A DNA stretch of 63,418 nt, counting the filler, from Atractiella rhizophila (lineage: Eukaryota): NCBI GenBank assembly GCA_021432655.1. It is 6 parts of 6 records of this genome, joined end to end, with 100 filler letters (N's around TTAATTAATTAA, not from the genome) between each part and the next. Parts side by side here need not be neighbours in the genome. Positions count along the whole stretch, not along the records: positions 39,867 to 53,014 come from MU271987.1; 5 more parts are not named here. The stretch is one strand, 5' to 3'. Positions 39,867 to 53,114 of this stretch are shown piece after piece. Numbering within the stretch: the first letter of the stretch is position 1; each line of letters begins with the position of its first letter. A program made the translations under genes and the position numbers. The notes beneath the pieces were generated by a model. That model saw only the letters and a list, made by a program, of their open reading frames with translations. It was not told where the DNA came from and searched no databases.

Positions 39867-41515
39867 GCGGCAGCTAGGATTGTATTTGGCGCTGTCTTGA
39901 ATTTGGAGGGAATGGAAGAGACATTGCGGCCACACTCTATTGGCGCAGGCGAAGAAGAGGAGGACTGGAAAAAATCGCTCGAGGGTCAGATCGCTCTTTT
40001 CCTTGCCTCTCTTGCTGGCGCCTACCACTCCAGAAATGGATACCACAACTTCTCTCACGCTGTTGACGTCCTCCAAACCGTCTATTGGATGCTGGAGAGA
40101 ATGGGCCTCGTGCCGCCACTTTGGAATGAAAGGAAGGTGTGGAAGAGAAAGAGCAGCGTCAAGAAGAGCGTGGTAGCGAAGCTGTTGGGACCAGCAGAGT
40201 GCTTCGCTTTATTGATTGCGGCGGTGGGTCATGATGTAGGACATCCAGGACTCAGCAACGCATTTATGGTGCGTCTTTCGCAGTCTGCTTCCTTCCACTC
40301 ATTATTTACCCAATTTGCCGCGCAGATTAATGGACGAGCACCGTTGGCACAAGTGTACTCGGAAAAGTCGGTTTTGGAAAATTTTCATACCGTCACTCTC
40401 CTCCACATGCTCAAGCGGTTCAACCTGGGCTACCTCCTCGACGCGTCGTCTTCCTCAACAACCTTCAAGAAGACTCTCATGTCATCCGTATTAGCGACTG
40501 ATATGGCAAAACATTTTGGATTTGTGGAGCGCTTGGGACAAGTTGAGGAAAGAGGCGGATGGAGGGATGCAGAGGAGGACAGGTTGCTTTTGTGTTCGAC
40601 GCTGATGAAATGCGCCGATATATCCAATCCTGTGGGTAGTAATCACTTGCTTAGCTTGCTTAGCTTATGATGCCTTTCCAGACGCGCCCACACGAAATCT
40701 CGAAGCTCTGGTCAACAGCGTTGTTTAAAGAATGGGCCGTCCAGAGCGAGTTCGAGTCTGAGTACTCGCTACCATTGACATTACCGAGGCTGGAGAGGGA
40801 GAGCGGCGAGGTTATTGGACCCAATGGCATTGAAGGAGAGATGGACGGCAAGAGTCGACTTCAACAAGCCAAGGGGCAACTTGGGTTTATCAACCTCTTT
40901 TGCAAACCCTTGTTTGAAAATATGGGAAAGGTCATCGAAGGTCAGTGCTTGCATCCGTCCCACGGCAAAGATTGACGTTGCGTGAACGATGCAGAATTCG
41001 AGGAGTTGGTAGAAAGGCTTCAGGAAGGAATCGTGGCATGGGAATCCATCGCTAGTGGCGGTAAAACAGCTTCCCTAAAGTCTCATTCAACACCACGGCC
41101 GCAAAGACATTCCCCACCACTCGACGCCACACCGCGCCTCATCCAGCGCTCTGCCTCCAGTTCTCCTCCACCGTTCATCCCTCCTCTGCGCACGATTCCC
41201 TCCGCCCTTAAGACAACCATTATTCCTTCAGTCGCTGCAACAGTCGCCCCATTCTCTCCCTCTTTCCCACTGTTGGTCTCGCACACCGCACCCGAGGACC
41301 TGCTTCCGCCGAGCATGAACGTTGCACCTTCATGTGGTGGACGCTGTGGGGCATTTACTGCTAAGTGCTTCGAGTGCGTGCAGGCTGAGAAGGGAGATAC
41401 GGCGAAGAGAGCGGGAGGTTGGGAGATTGAAACTGAAGAAGAGAGGAGAGAGTGGCCACCATATCCTTTCAGGCCAGCGAAGAAGAGATCTAGCAATACC
41501 TCTCTCTCAAGCTGA
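39867..41515 (+). CDS. Class I cyclic-nucleotide phosphodiesterase, 5'-partial
   Basis: YHNFSHAVDVLQ, HDVGHPGLSN, LENFH, LATDM, CADISNP, QLGFINLF. Confidence 0.9.
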
Positions 41516-42092
41516 GACTGTGGTAGAGTTGCTGCTGGGGGTGGAAGTGGTTTGTTTGAACTACCGTGTATGTCGTTCTTCCTTCGATGTTTCCCTTGGG
41601 TATGAATCTTAGCAATTTGTTATGTTGTGACAATCCAAGCTTTAGCCTTTTCGTCCGTCCGTATTCAGTGGTAATAGAGGATGTTTATGTCCTTCATCAT
41701 CACATCTCATCTGGTACCTGTTCAAGTTTTCCTCCATGGGTTTACTTTTCTTCTCGCGTCAACGTCAACTACGAAGTACGGCAACATGTTACCCTGTCTT
41801 CCCTATTTCATGTTGAAAAAACAAACAAGAATAACTAAGTGTGTCCGTTTTGTTCAGCCTCGTTCTGATTCCGATTTCCGGGCTTCTTATGCTTTTAAAG
41901 TGTGTAGATTGACCAAACAATGTGTGAATTGAACTAGTCTGTTCTACATGATATTTGCGATCTAAGTGAGAAGGGAGGATTATTCGCAAAAACAACTTCT
42001 TACTCTTGTTGTAAGTCTCCATGACAAGTTCAGTTTACGATCCACGGTCGTCTCAGACTCTGAAAACGGAGGCGCTTTCCTTCATACGTCTA

Positions 42093-43619
42093 TCAGACAA
42101 CCCGTTCCCACCCCACAGCTTGCTCCTCGTGAATTTCAGCTTCAACGTCACTTCCATACGCAACCAACCCATCCTCTGCCTCCTGCAGCCTCGATGAGAC
42201 CTGTTCCATCAACCCCAACGCTCGATCTGCTTCGCTTCCTTCTATCATTTGCCCAACTTCTTTCACTTCCGCCCTCAAAATAACCCATTCACCTTGCCGT
42301 TCTTTCTTTTCTACTTCCACTGTTGCAACAACAAGGACGGTGGGAAACTCCACCATCATCTTACCCTTCAGGGCTACGAGCCAACAATCCGTGGGGGACA
42401 GAATATGGAACGTAGGTTTTGGTAGTTCTTTGTTCTCCGAAAATGATGGACGTGGTGACAGATCAGGTATTGAGTGATTTGTAGGGACGAACGCGGGGAG
42501 TTGAGCAGCAGGAGGGTTGACCTGAAGATTAGCAGGAGGGTTGACATGAAGATTAGGCACAGCAGGCCTAGCGGCGTGGAACTGTCGATGGTGAAATGGA
42601 TATGATAATTCGTGCCCGGGTGGAAGTAGCGGTTGCATGAAAGGCTCCAGCGGGAGAGGTTGGATTGCATTTTGGGTAACAAACGGAATCTGCGGCTGCA
42701 ACTGAGGAGGTTGGAAATTATGGGATGGAGCCGCAGTTCCCCAGACCCGGATGCTCATATTTTGATTCGGATAGGATTTCGTGCGTTGTCCTTCAGGCTG
42801 CCATTGAGATTGCTCCTGATCTTCTTTCGTTGCTGGTGCAAGGAGATCCGAATCCTCACGTTTTCTGTTCTTCCCTGTCACTTCGTCACTGCCATCGTCG
42901 TCTTGAGCCAGTAACAGACGCGGAACGGCAAGGAGGAAACATCTCTCTCCTTCCTTGATATTTTCTGATACTCTCGGCCCTGGATCATTGATAAGAGATG
43001 CGAGCGAGGGTTCAGCAAAAGCGCGGGAGAAGGATGCGCCGACTGTCTCGTCTGCGGGTACTAATGGTGTGATTTTGACGCTATTTTGTGGAGTGGAAGA
43101 AGCATTCTCGGAATCGGGGGTTGAAGTGATGTTCCATTCGACCGTGAGGAAAATCTGCTTTCGTCTGTGTAAGTCAACAATGAAAGTAAGTCAGCACGCC
43201 ACGACTATCATGGAAGAAGTCAAAGCGCACTTATCATCCCATTTGCCCGTGTTCAGCTCTCTCCGCTCCATGCCGACGGGCATTCGCCTCACAATCCATC
43301 CGTGCCTCCGAATTCTTCTCTCCCACTCAATGTGTTTCTTACTCGTCCGCTTCTCTGACGGGTCACGTTTCACGTCTCCCAAAACCCTCCCAACCTCCTC
43401 CAAATATCTCAAATCATTGCCCATCTCCATATATCCATACTGCTTCAGGGAAACGTATTCCGCCACATCTCTGAGCCCGTTGCATCCTTGCTCGCGAGAG
43501 TTCAAAATTGATTTGTGAGCCCGGACGCACGCAGCGCTGCAGGTTCGAAGAGAACAGCGAGGACAGGTATATTTGGATAGGCCGGATTGGCAGATCTGAC
43601 ATAGGACGGGATGCACCAT
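42093..43619 (-). CDS. BCD1: Box C/D snoRNA assembly protein Bcd1 (zf-HIT)
   Basis: CQIC...KYTCPRCSLRTCSAACVRAHK, CNGLRD, DLRYLE, MPVGMERRELN, LKGKMMVEFPT. Confidence 0.85.
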
Positions 43620-43974
43620 TGTGTGTGTCCAAGGCAAACTGGTCGCCCCGAGGGTTTTGCGCTCAATTTCGGGGAGATTTGCGCCGCATCGGGCTGCAAA
43701 CACAAAAGTGGTCGCCATCGAATATTATGGAATGCAAAAACGTAGTAATGATTAATGCTTCATCATGGACATAATTTAGACTGATCCAGTGTCTATGAAA
43801 AGGAATGTGTCTGTCTCTGAAGCAAAAAAAATAAATAAATAAAGATATGGGTATGTCGAAACTTGAAATGTGATCACACCTTCCGACATCAATACCCAAT
43901 GTGTTTTCCCGTTAAGTCGCTTGAACGCAACGTATATGATGCTGTTGTTGCCCTGTATAACATGTAATAACGAT

Positions 43975-44790
43975 GAGTGAACATTAAAAAAGCGGAGGAC
44001 AAAACACACACCTCATATACATCAAAAAACGCAACTCCTCATTGCTTCGCCATTATCCATCGTACTTTAGACGTGAGTAGCGCAAATGGGAGGCCTGAGA
44101 TGTAGCTTCAACGACGTATAATGTGTATTGAGAACGAGCGAATATTAAAATAGCGGAGGACAAAATACGCACCTCATATACATCACAAAACGCAATTCTC
44201 CATTGCTTCGCTATTATCTATCGTATTTTAGACGTGAGTAGCGCAAATGGGAGGTCTAAGATGTAGCTTCAACGACGTATAATGTATATTTGGGAACAAG
44301 TGAACATTAAAAAAAGCGGAGGACAAAACACGCACCTCATATACATCAAAAAACGCAAATCCTCATTGCTTCGCCATTATCTATCGTATTTTAGACGTGA
44401 GTAGCGCAAATGGGAGGCCCGAGATGCAGCTTCAACGACGTATAATGTGTATTGAGAACGAGCGAATATTAAAAAAAGCGGAGGACAAAACACGCACGTC
44501 ATATACATCAAAAAACGCAATTCCTCATTGCTTCGCTTTTATCCATTGTTTTTTAGACGTGAGGGCGAGGAGCGATGGGCTTGAGGGCTAGATATTACTA
44601 CGTATAATGCGTAATAAGAGTGAGCAAACATCAAAAAAAGCGAAGGAAAAAATACACACCCTATATTTGTCAAACATTGATTACTTCGCCATTATCCATC
44701 GTATCTCAGGCATGAGTACATCGAATGCGAGGCCAGAGAGCTAGCTATCACGATGTATAAGGATTATTAGCATTGAGGGGATATTAACAA
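43975..44790. repeat. Tandem repeat, ~162-bp unit, ~5 copies
   Basis: Units start ~43975, 44136, 44298, 44460, 44622, decaying rightwards. Confidence 0.92.
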
Positions 44791-45005
44791 AGCAGAGCAT
44801 CAACTCACATTATATTTACATTGTCTGACTCCGCAACAGTGCATTCAGTCCTCTTGCAACTGCAGCTGTAATTGACCAAATAAAAGCTCAAAATTTGCCT
44901 TTGCTTTAGAATAGTTGACATGATCTTTATAAAAATTTCTAAAGTGGAGGCCGGGGTCTTCATGCTCATATCATGATTATGAAATTCATGTCATTGGATG
45001 CCTAA

Positions 45006-47344
45006 CTATTCCTCCGTGATGTACACTTGATTGAAGATCCTCTCATTGTTCTCCCAAGTAAACCCGCTCCTCTCGTTCGTCAACCTCAGTCTCCAATTCA
45101 GGGCCTCCTCCTTCGAAGCCTTTCGTTGTCCTCCGGCCTCCTTCAACTCTTCTGGAGTGTACCAATCCTGCTGTTGAGGTGGGATGATAGAGCTGTCAGG
45201 CACCTCATCGCTCTCTCACAGCCACTGTGTTCAAATCGGTAGTACCATTCTCTCACAGCCACTGTGTTCGAATCGGTAGTACCGGCAGCAAGTGTCTGCT
45301 GAGCGAAGGACTTGTCCGCAGGGATAAAGTGGAGTTGGACACCAGTAGCCGTGGTCGTAGTGTTTGAGAAATATTCAGGAGTAGCGGTATTTGAAGAAGC
45401 AGTCGAGTTATCAGAAGTATTAGCATCCACAAGAGACTGAGGTGATGGAAGAGTAGACCCGGTCGAATTTGAGTCGGATGGGAATTGCTAGAGAGAGTCT
45501 GAACCAAACTTTGGGCAATTGGAAGGGTGGAGTTAGAGGTGGAGTTGGCAGCGGTTGAGTTAGCATCGTTAGCAACTAATCGGACCCCAGGAGTGTAGAA
45601 CGGCTTCAAATTGTCCAGAAGATGAATCATACACAAAGCCTGAAGTATATCATGAATGCTCGTTGGACGTCGTGGAATTCAATAGAGTGAGAAAGACTGA
45701 CTTGAGAATATCCCTCTGGTTGATCGCAACAGGGAGCAAGCCTGAGGAGTCCAAATAAATAAGGATGCTTCTTCAACAACGATTAACTCACTGGATCTTC
45801 GACGGAGGATTAGCAGAGAAGGTTGCGCAAGTCAGACTGCTCGACATATCCGTCGAATCGAGGATTGGCAAACGCTACAACCTGCTCATTCTCAGCGAGG
45901 GTCCGATGGAACATCATCAGACTAGATCCATTCTCCTGCAAAGAAACAAAGCTTACGGCCGGCTGAGCCGCAGTACCATCTTGCCTCGATTTAGTTGAGT
46001 TTTGAGCAGAGCTGCTAGAATTCGTATTGAGGAAAAGGTAAAATCGAATGCGTCTGCGAGGTTCCGAGGAGGATCTTGGAAGTGTCACTTGGATCGTTAG
46101 TCGTTACCAAACCCGCGACGCCAGTAGCTAGCATGCTATTCGCAACAAAGGGTGAGTATACCCCATCATTGAAAAGAATCAGCGATACCCAGGCACAACG
46201 GAAAAGTAACCGCAGGGAACACGGACAGCAATTTCCGCAAATCCAGGTATTCCAGCAGTCGCCAATTCTCGAGGTCCGTCGCGACGCCCTTTTGTATGGA
46301 TAACAGCCCTGACTAGCGGCGCACTGACACCAACATCAACATCGAAGCCATCGTCTTGGTGTTGTAGTCGAGAGAGCTTCTCCTTCTTCCCATGCTTCCC
46401 GGGTTGCTTCGATTCGTGATTGATGAGCGGTCTGTTGACAACTTGGCAATAAGTCAAAGGGGGAATTAAGTGACGGTGACGGGCATGATCATAAATATGG
46501 TTGCTGTCGTATCATAGAGGAGAATCGGCATCCTGTACTGCCATGATATCAGCAACGATGTAATTCACAACTCGTCGCTGACACGAACAAAAAAACCCAT
46601 AGGTAGCTTTGACAAGTCGAGCATCAGCTTCGTTCATGCCAGATTGACGTGACAACAAATTACCTCTGACCTCCTCCGATAGAAAGCACCCTCTCAACCC
46701 CTCGGGTCTTTCAAATCTGTCAGCCTCTCTCTTCCGAATTAAAAAACATACAAACGCAGAGGCTTGTTCGGAACCAGTGCCCAGATCTCAAGTACGGAAC
46801 CGGTTGCTGCAAATATACCAAAGAACCGAGGGATCCACGTCGACGGGCCAATATTGCCCATACCCTTGCGGCAAGCAGGATCTCGGACTGCGGTTACAAT
46901 GCGTCAGGGATTCTCTTGAGACACGAATGGGGACGCACAAAAGACAGCAATACCACCAAGTCTTCGGGTCAACTTTGAGCCAGGCAAGACACATGAACAA
47001 TGTGAAGTCCAAGAGACCCCAGTAACTTGATAATTCTCATATAAGCTTTCCATGTACGCAGTGAGTGTTGGAGAGGAGAGAGTTACCGGTTGAAGAAGGC
47101 AGCTCGGACTGGCGTCCAACGTTGCGCTTTCCACATTGTCTTGTATTCTTGAGGGAAAGTAACTATGATATCCCAACCGTAGAATGCATAGCATGCTGCC
47201 ATCCTCCAGTTGAATGTTCATGTGCAAAAGGTAGAAAAGCAAATCGGTTAGGTAGGGACGGTTAGTAGAGAGTATGTCCTCGATGGCTGCACGTTGGAGG
47301 GCGAGGTCTGGTTGTTCTGGAGCTGTGGGGGCAGGAGGTGACAT
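45006..47344 (-). pseudogene. Decayed multi-exon gene of unknown family
   Basis: Long frame broken by in-frame TGA at 46904, 46512 and 46179. Confidence 0.45.
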
Positions 47345-48721
47345 GGCAGCGGTGACGAAGAAAAGCAAAGTTTACATCGAAGAGCCTTTATATTTCCGAT
47401 TCACGGCGAAACTGGTGTAGCAAGCTTTAGAATTCCTTTAGAAGCCCGAATCAAGATTATAGTCAAAACTGGACCTGACAAGAATGCGGTGATCGAACGA
47501 CCCACCTTTTGACCACCGAGCAAGAAACATATTGCCAGAGTTCTAATCCCTCAGGAACGCGGACTGGGAGGGGGAATCAGCTTTTTTTCCTGCCTGCACT
47601 GCCATTAGTATTCTCGCGTGAACAACCGCAGGCATTGGATTCTTGGAATCGAGTGCGATGATCAATAGGTGTATCAAGGATGGAGAGATGACCCACATTC
47701 ACTCGGTCATAAACGAAGGACTCGAGGCTCTTGATGCTGTTGAAGTCGCACGCACTCTCCTGGTCCACTGGACATGTTGCTGCCTTGTGAGTGAGTAATA
47801 TTTACGTCGTGGTAGCCGAGCTAGCTCTTTGTAATTATCTTTTCCTATCTCTCACTCTCACCTACAAACTACCTGGGCAAGAGGGGCTCCTCCCCCCAAT
47901 GTTCATTGAGAATCGATTATGTTTCTTGATTCCACATGCTGGCTATTAGAGTCGCATGAGCAACGAGTTCAGAAGCTATTCAGAAGTTGGAGGTCTCTTA
48001 TTTTGTAGGAAGGTGACATCGTGAAGGTGCACTGCGACCATCTCCTGCCCTGTATCATTTCGTTGTTCGTTTGGTACGGTGCAGGTCACCAAGTCCCAAC
48101 CTAAAAGTTCCAATTCCTATCAATGCCTCCTAACTTGCCACATTTTCCATACTTACCTGTTCTCTAGGAAATACTTACCTGACAAGATAAAGTTATAGAG
48201 GTCGATGATTTCGACCTTAACCTTGACCAAATAGGAAGAGCAGAATGCCAGAACAAAGAACGGAGCTGGACGGAGTCCTCGTTCTCTAAGAATGATCAAG
48301 ATTCGCTGTCTTGCTACCACATTCGTTTTAGGAAGCGAAGGCATGGAGACGAAGTTTGATATGAAATCGCGACTTCGCGAAATGTGCGGTCTGTTGAAAG
48401 TGGGCACGCCTCGGGTACTCTCCGCTGGACAGAACAACCACACCCAAATTGATGCCCGCGAAGATGTGGGAACGATGACAATTCAAAACAACGCCAAATG
48501 GAGAGTCTCCACGCACCATTAAGAATAAAATAATAATAATAATATATTCTAACTAATTTTATGCTTGAATACTTGGCCCAAAGTCGCTACCGCACCCCCG
48601 CTTGGGTCCTTAAGTGGTGACCAGAAGAAACTGCAGTGAGCTTTATAATCACAATCTCTCCTGCCCCGATGTCTTTGGATGTCTCTTCTCCGTTGCTGCT
48701 GATTTCGTGCTGTTGAGCAAG

Positions 48722-50657
48722 ATGCCTTTCCATTCACCTCTCATGACGCATGAGGAGTACGAGCAGTCGAGGCGACTGCTTGGTGAGTTTCTCTCCGCTT
48801 GGGAGATCAGGTGAACATGACTTGATGCTCCTCGTTGGAAGGCCCTTGGTTTATAGGTCTTTCACTTGAGTTCATTCTTTATGGCATCCTTCTTGCACAA
48901 TTTCAGACTTGTAAGCCGATTCTTCTTCACACTGGTCAGCACACAGTTCATGGAACCTGCTAAGATTATCAGCACTACAAGGACGATCGTCGTTGGCTGA
49001 AACTCGTTGTCGCAGGACTATTTATCACTCAGCTCCTGAAGAGCATTCATTCTTTGTGAGCATTTCAAAGCTTCCCAGCTTCCTCCGCTTGACACTTTTC
49101 GTCAGTGTAACCTGCTGGATCCAATTTGTGGCTTTTTTTACGGTGAGTCCTTTCAACGATAGAACGATTGTCCCAAAACTGCTTGCAGGATCTGCAAGGC
49201 GCCATTTTCCTATCGTACACAGAGTGGTGGCAGAGTGCCTTCACTTTAATAGTACGTCTCCCATCCCTCGTTCTTTTTACTCACAGCTAATACACGGCAA
49301 GGACGCCTCTTGCGGTCTCTATGTGTACGCCTTGGCTACGAAAAACAAGGAGGAGGTCTGACAACATGCGAATTGTAAAACAGTCAAGCTTACTTCTTAT
49401 ATCGATTATACATAATCTGTAGGAAGTGGTGGGTTATCGTGATCATCATCGCGGTCCTCATTTTCTCGTATATTTCCATCATCATTGCAGTGAGTGAAAC
49501 CTTTAGGCAGTGCAGTGTCTGAAGGGTAAGGGCCGCAGACAATCCTCATCGCGGAAGCCAAGTTCAATCTCATCGCACGCTGGTTCGCTGGTCACTACAG
49601 GTGCGATACCGTCCCTTTCACAAATCAAACAGGTAGGCTCAAACGCTTGAATCTAGCGGTGTATTAGCAGGCGACATCCTCATCGCCGCTTGCACAGCTT
49701 ACTTTCTCCTCACACAAACAAAAAAGGCTATTTTGCCTCAGTAGGATTACTTGTTGATCTCTCCAGACGATCGCTAAGCCTACACGGTTCCAGAACTCGC
49801 AACCTCATATTCGCACTGATCAAACTCTCCATCCAATGTGCTGTTCCAGTAAGTCCGCTATTCGATCGCAGGAGATAGAAGTAATTCGATGAATTGAAGG
49901 CCGTAATCATTGCTGCCCTGAATCTCGGTACATCTTCTCCCTTCATCAAGAGTAACAGAGATGTCTCATGAATTTGCAGCATTTTCACAAGTGTGAGTTC
50001 GCCGTGCATTATTGACAAAAGTCCACGGCTAAATTCTCCCACAGCTACGATGGAACTGTTGATTTGACATCAGTGATCTTCAACATGGTTCTTGTCAGGT
50101 AGAGTCAACATCTTACTCCAAGATTAATCTAAACATGGGATGAAGGGTCTACGCATGTTCTATGATGGTACATCCCACCTTATCGATCATTGACCTACGC
50201 ACCCTAATGACATCATTGTAGTTTGTCCTCAATTCTCGGAGGTCGATCGTCCGCGCACACGGCACAAGCGCCTCGGAAACCATTTCAGAATGCAGAACGG
50301 ACAGGTTGGCCACCAACACGATTGGGACACACAAGACAAGGGGTCAAGCACGGGTTCGCCTTCACCCCTCTTCCCTGGACACTTGACCTGATTATTCATG
50401 TGTTCATCTTAGGGATCCGACCTCGAACTTGGTATCCAAGTTCATACTGGGACACTACAGCACACTGAAATGCATGATATCGAGGTAGGTCATCACATTC
50501 AATTCCCAGACTGGTCTGAGGATTGAAATCGATAATCTAGCTCCCCAAGATGCATAACATCGATTCAAAACTGGGTCCTGATCGCCATGATGAACAGGAG
50601 TACTCGATCCATGAAAAAGACCTCGATCGCAATACTGTTGATATCACTGTACGGTAA
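48722..50657 (+). CDS. Multi-pass membrane protein, DUF6534-like basidiomycete family
   Basis: GPWFIGLSLEFILYGILLAQ, YKDDRRWLKLVV, GDILIA, LIKLSIQCAVP, FVLNSR; many short exons. Confidence 0.7.
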
Positions 50658-51026
50658 TTTTGGTTAGCTTTCGTGGTTTGTATATGTGAGGTTGGATTGT
50701 TGTTTCATCCATCAGTATATCTGGTTCGTATATTCACCAGGCGTGATGTTGGGATTCTTGATACCAAAAATTTGTCCTGCATCAGTTTATCGTTGACCGG
50801 AAGATATGAGTAAAATCATCCAATGAATCATTGCATCATTCAAACAATTTTCAGAGATTGAACGGACCCAATTTGCAATCCCTAGGGTCATGATTAGACA
50901 AATGTCATCGTCAGTTTGAAGGCAAAACAGGTTGAGGGGTGCAATCATCAAACCTTAAAATTTCCTACCAATGTGTCCCCTCCCTGGTCTACCTATATTC
51001 ACATGCAGTCTCGGGCCAGACTCTAC

Positions 51027-51515
51027 TGTTAGGGCAAACACTATGTGTGGTCACCGGTGGGCGATGCGTCTGTAGTGGAGGTAAACCTAAGTGAATAGTA
51101 TGGCATGAGAAGACTAACCTGTAGTGGAGGTAAACCTAAGAGAATACTCTGAGGTCACCACCACTACATCTCGATGCATATATACATATGTAAAGGCACT
51201 GCCATAAACCGTAACATACGTTACTTGAAACGTGTAAGATAGCTAGATCAGGAAAGTAATAAAGGAATACTCGGAAATAAGATATACTGGGTAGTACTAG
51301 TGAGAAAGGACAATAAGGTGAAAATGGAGATGGTGCAGACTGGCGAAATGTATAAGGTTTGCTGAGCGGCGATTCGTGTGAGAAAGGGGAAAGCAGCGAA
51401 CAGCGCAGACATGAGCAGAGCGGCGATGGGTAGGTACGTGATCACATGACGCGGTAAGGTGGGTCACGTGACCTTGGATGGTGCATTTCAGTAATGCGTA
51501 GGGGCAAGCCTGACA
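51027..51515 (-). mobile_element. LTR (U3 type B), no TSD
   Basis: TGTTAGGG...CCTGACA, near-identical to 20319-20808. Confidence 0.88.
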
Positions 51516-51759
51516 ACACCCATCATTAGCTCTTTTAGTTCAGTTGGTTAGCTGTTGGTCTGCAGCCATCCTGACAATCTGTAGCTTCTGACCCATCAGA
51601 ATCCGAAGTGACGTAAATATCAATGTCCACCGGAGGGATGGGAGAAGGAGGATGAGGATGGTGCTCAGATTATGATATGGGAGGGGGATTGTGGGCTTCA
51701 ATTACATTTTTGTGGTCATAAAGAGTAGGAATGGAGGAGGACGAGCTTGATCGGAGTAG

Positions 51760-52200
51760 TGTCAGGCTTGCCCCTACGCATTACCGAAATGTACCATTCG
51801 GAGTCACGTGACCTACTTCAGTACATCATAGGATCAAGTGCCTACACGTCGCCGCTTTGCGCACGTTCGCGCTGACCGCCGCCTTCTCCCATCTCACTCG
51901 AATCGCCGCTCAGCAAACCTTATACATTTCGCCGGTCTGCACCGTCGCCATTATTGCCTTGTTATCTTTTCTCACTTGTACTGCTCAGTATATCTTATTT
52001 CCGAGTATTCCCTTTATTGCTCTCCTGATCTAGCTATCTTACATGTTTCAAGAAACTTATGTTACAGTTTATGGCAGTGCCTTGGCATATGTATATATAC
52101 ATTGAGATGTAGTGGTGGTGACCTCAGAGTATTCTCTTAGGTTTACCTCCACTACAGACGCATCGCCTATCGGCGACCGCACATAGTGTCAGCCCTAACA
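51760..52200 (+). mobile_element. 5' LTR of a Ty3/gypsy retrotransposon
   Basis: TG...CA, 441 bp, directly upstream of gag. Confidence 0.88.
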
Positions 52201-52244
52201 GAAGAATACTCTCTTTACCTTTTCAGAACAGCAAAACTTAAAAA

Positions 52245-53014
52245 ATGCCGGAAGTTTGGGGAGACATGGAAACACGCGAACCGCCGACGAGCGAAGAACG
52301 CATCCAGCACTTAGAAAGGATGTTCCAAACTCTACACCTCACAACTGAAAAGCAATTCAAAAAACTTGAACAAGACCTCATAACAAGCTTCAACCAACAA
52401 AATGCACAAACCTCCCAGAATGCGATCGAAATTGCACAACTGAGGTCCGAAGTCCAAAACACAAATGACCGAATTTTACAATTGCTAGATTCCAGACTAC
52501 CTCCTCCTAGAGATAGTGGGACCACTTCCCCCTTTTTATCGCGAACAGACCCAACACCTCAGACTTACCCTTCTCCTTCTGTACCCCAAACTGTCCAAGT
52601 TGCACCATATGCAGGTATCAAACTTGCCCCACCTTCAATCTTCAAAGGAGTACCCAACACAGCTCCGACATTTTTACGCGAAATTTACGTCTACACGTCT
52701 ACAGTTCCAGGCCAATTCCCGACCGAAAAATCGAAAATCCTATTTACCCTTTCTTACATGAAAGAAGGAGATGCGGAAAAATTCGCCGCTGGGATTTTGC
52801 GCCGACTTGTCGAAAATGAGGAACAAATTCCGTGGGAACAATTTTTGTCGGAGTTCAAAGCGCGTTTCTGCAAGACAGACCACAAGCTCATTGCACAGAC
52901 AAAAATATCTTCCCTCCAACAAAAGGGTAACCTAGAAACCTACATCATCAAGTTTGAAGAATTGGCAAATCAAGCTGACTTTGATGATGAAGCCCTCATT
53001 TTTTTCTTCAAACG
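52245..53014 (+). CDS. gag: Ty3/gypsy Gag, 3'-partial
   Basis: Intronless; PSIFKG...FL, KILFTLSYM..G.A, W..F..EFKARF, LQQKGNLETYIIKFEELA. Confidence 0.85.
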
Positions 53015-53114
53015 NNNNNNNNNNNNNNNNNNNNNNNNNNNNNNNNNNNNNNNNNNNNTTAATTAATTAANNNNNNNNNNNNNNNNNNNNNNNNNNNNNN
53101 NNNNNNNNNNNNNN
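53015..53114. other. Artificial contig-join spacer
   Basis: N44-TTAATTAATTAA-N44. Confidence 0.98.

Noticed and set aside
43975..44790. CRISPR-like array
   Set aside because: Whole units repeat, no unique spacers, eukaryotic context
51529..51551. tRNA-like 5' end GCTCTTTTAGTTCAGTTGGTTAG
   Set aside because: No T-arm/B box or acceptor partner found; at most a fragment
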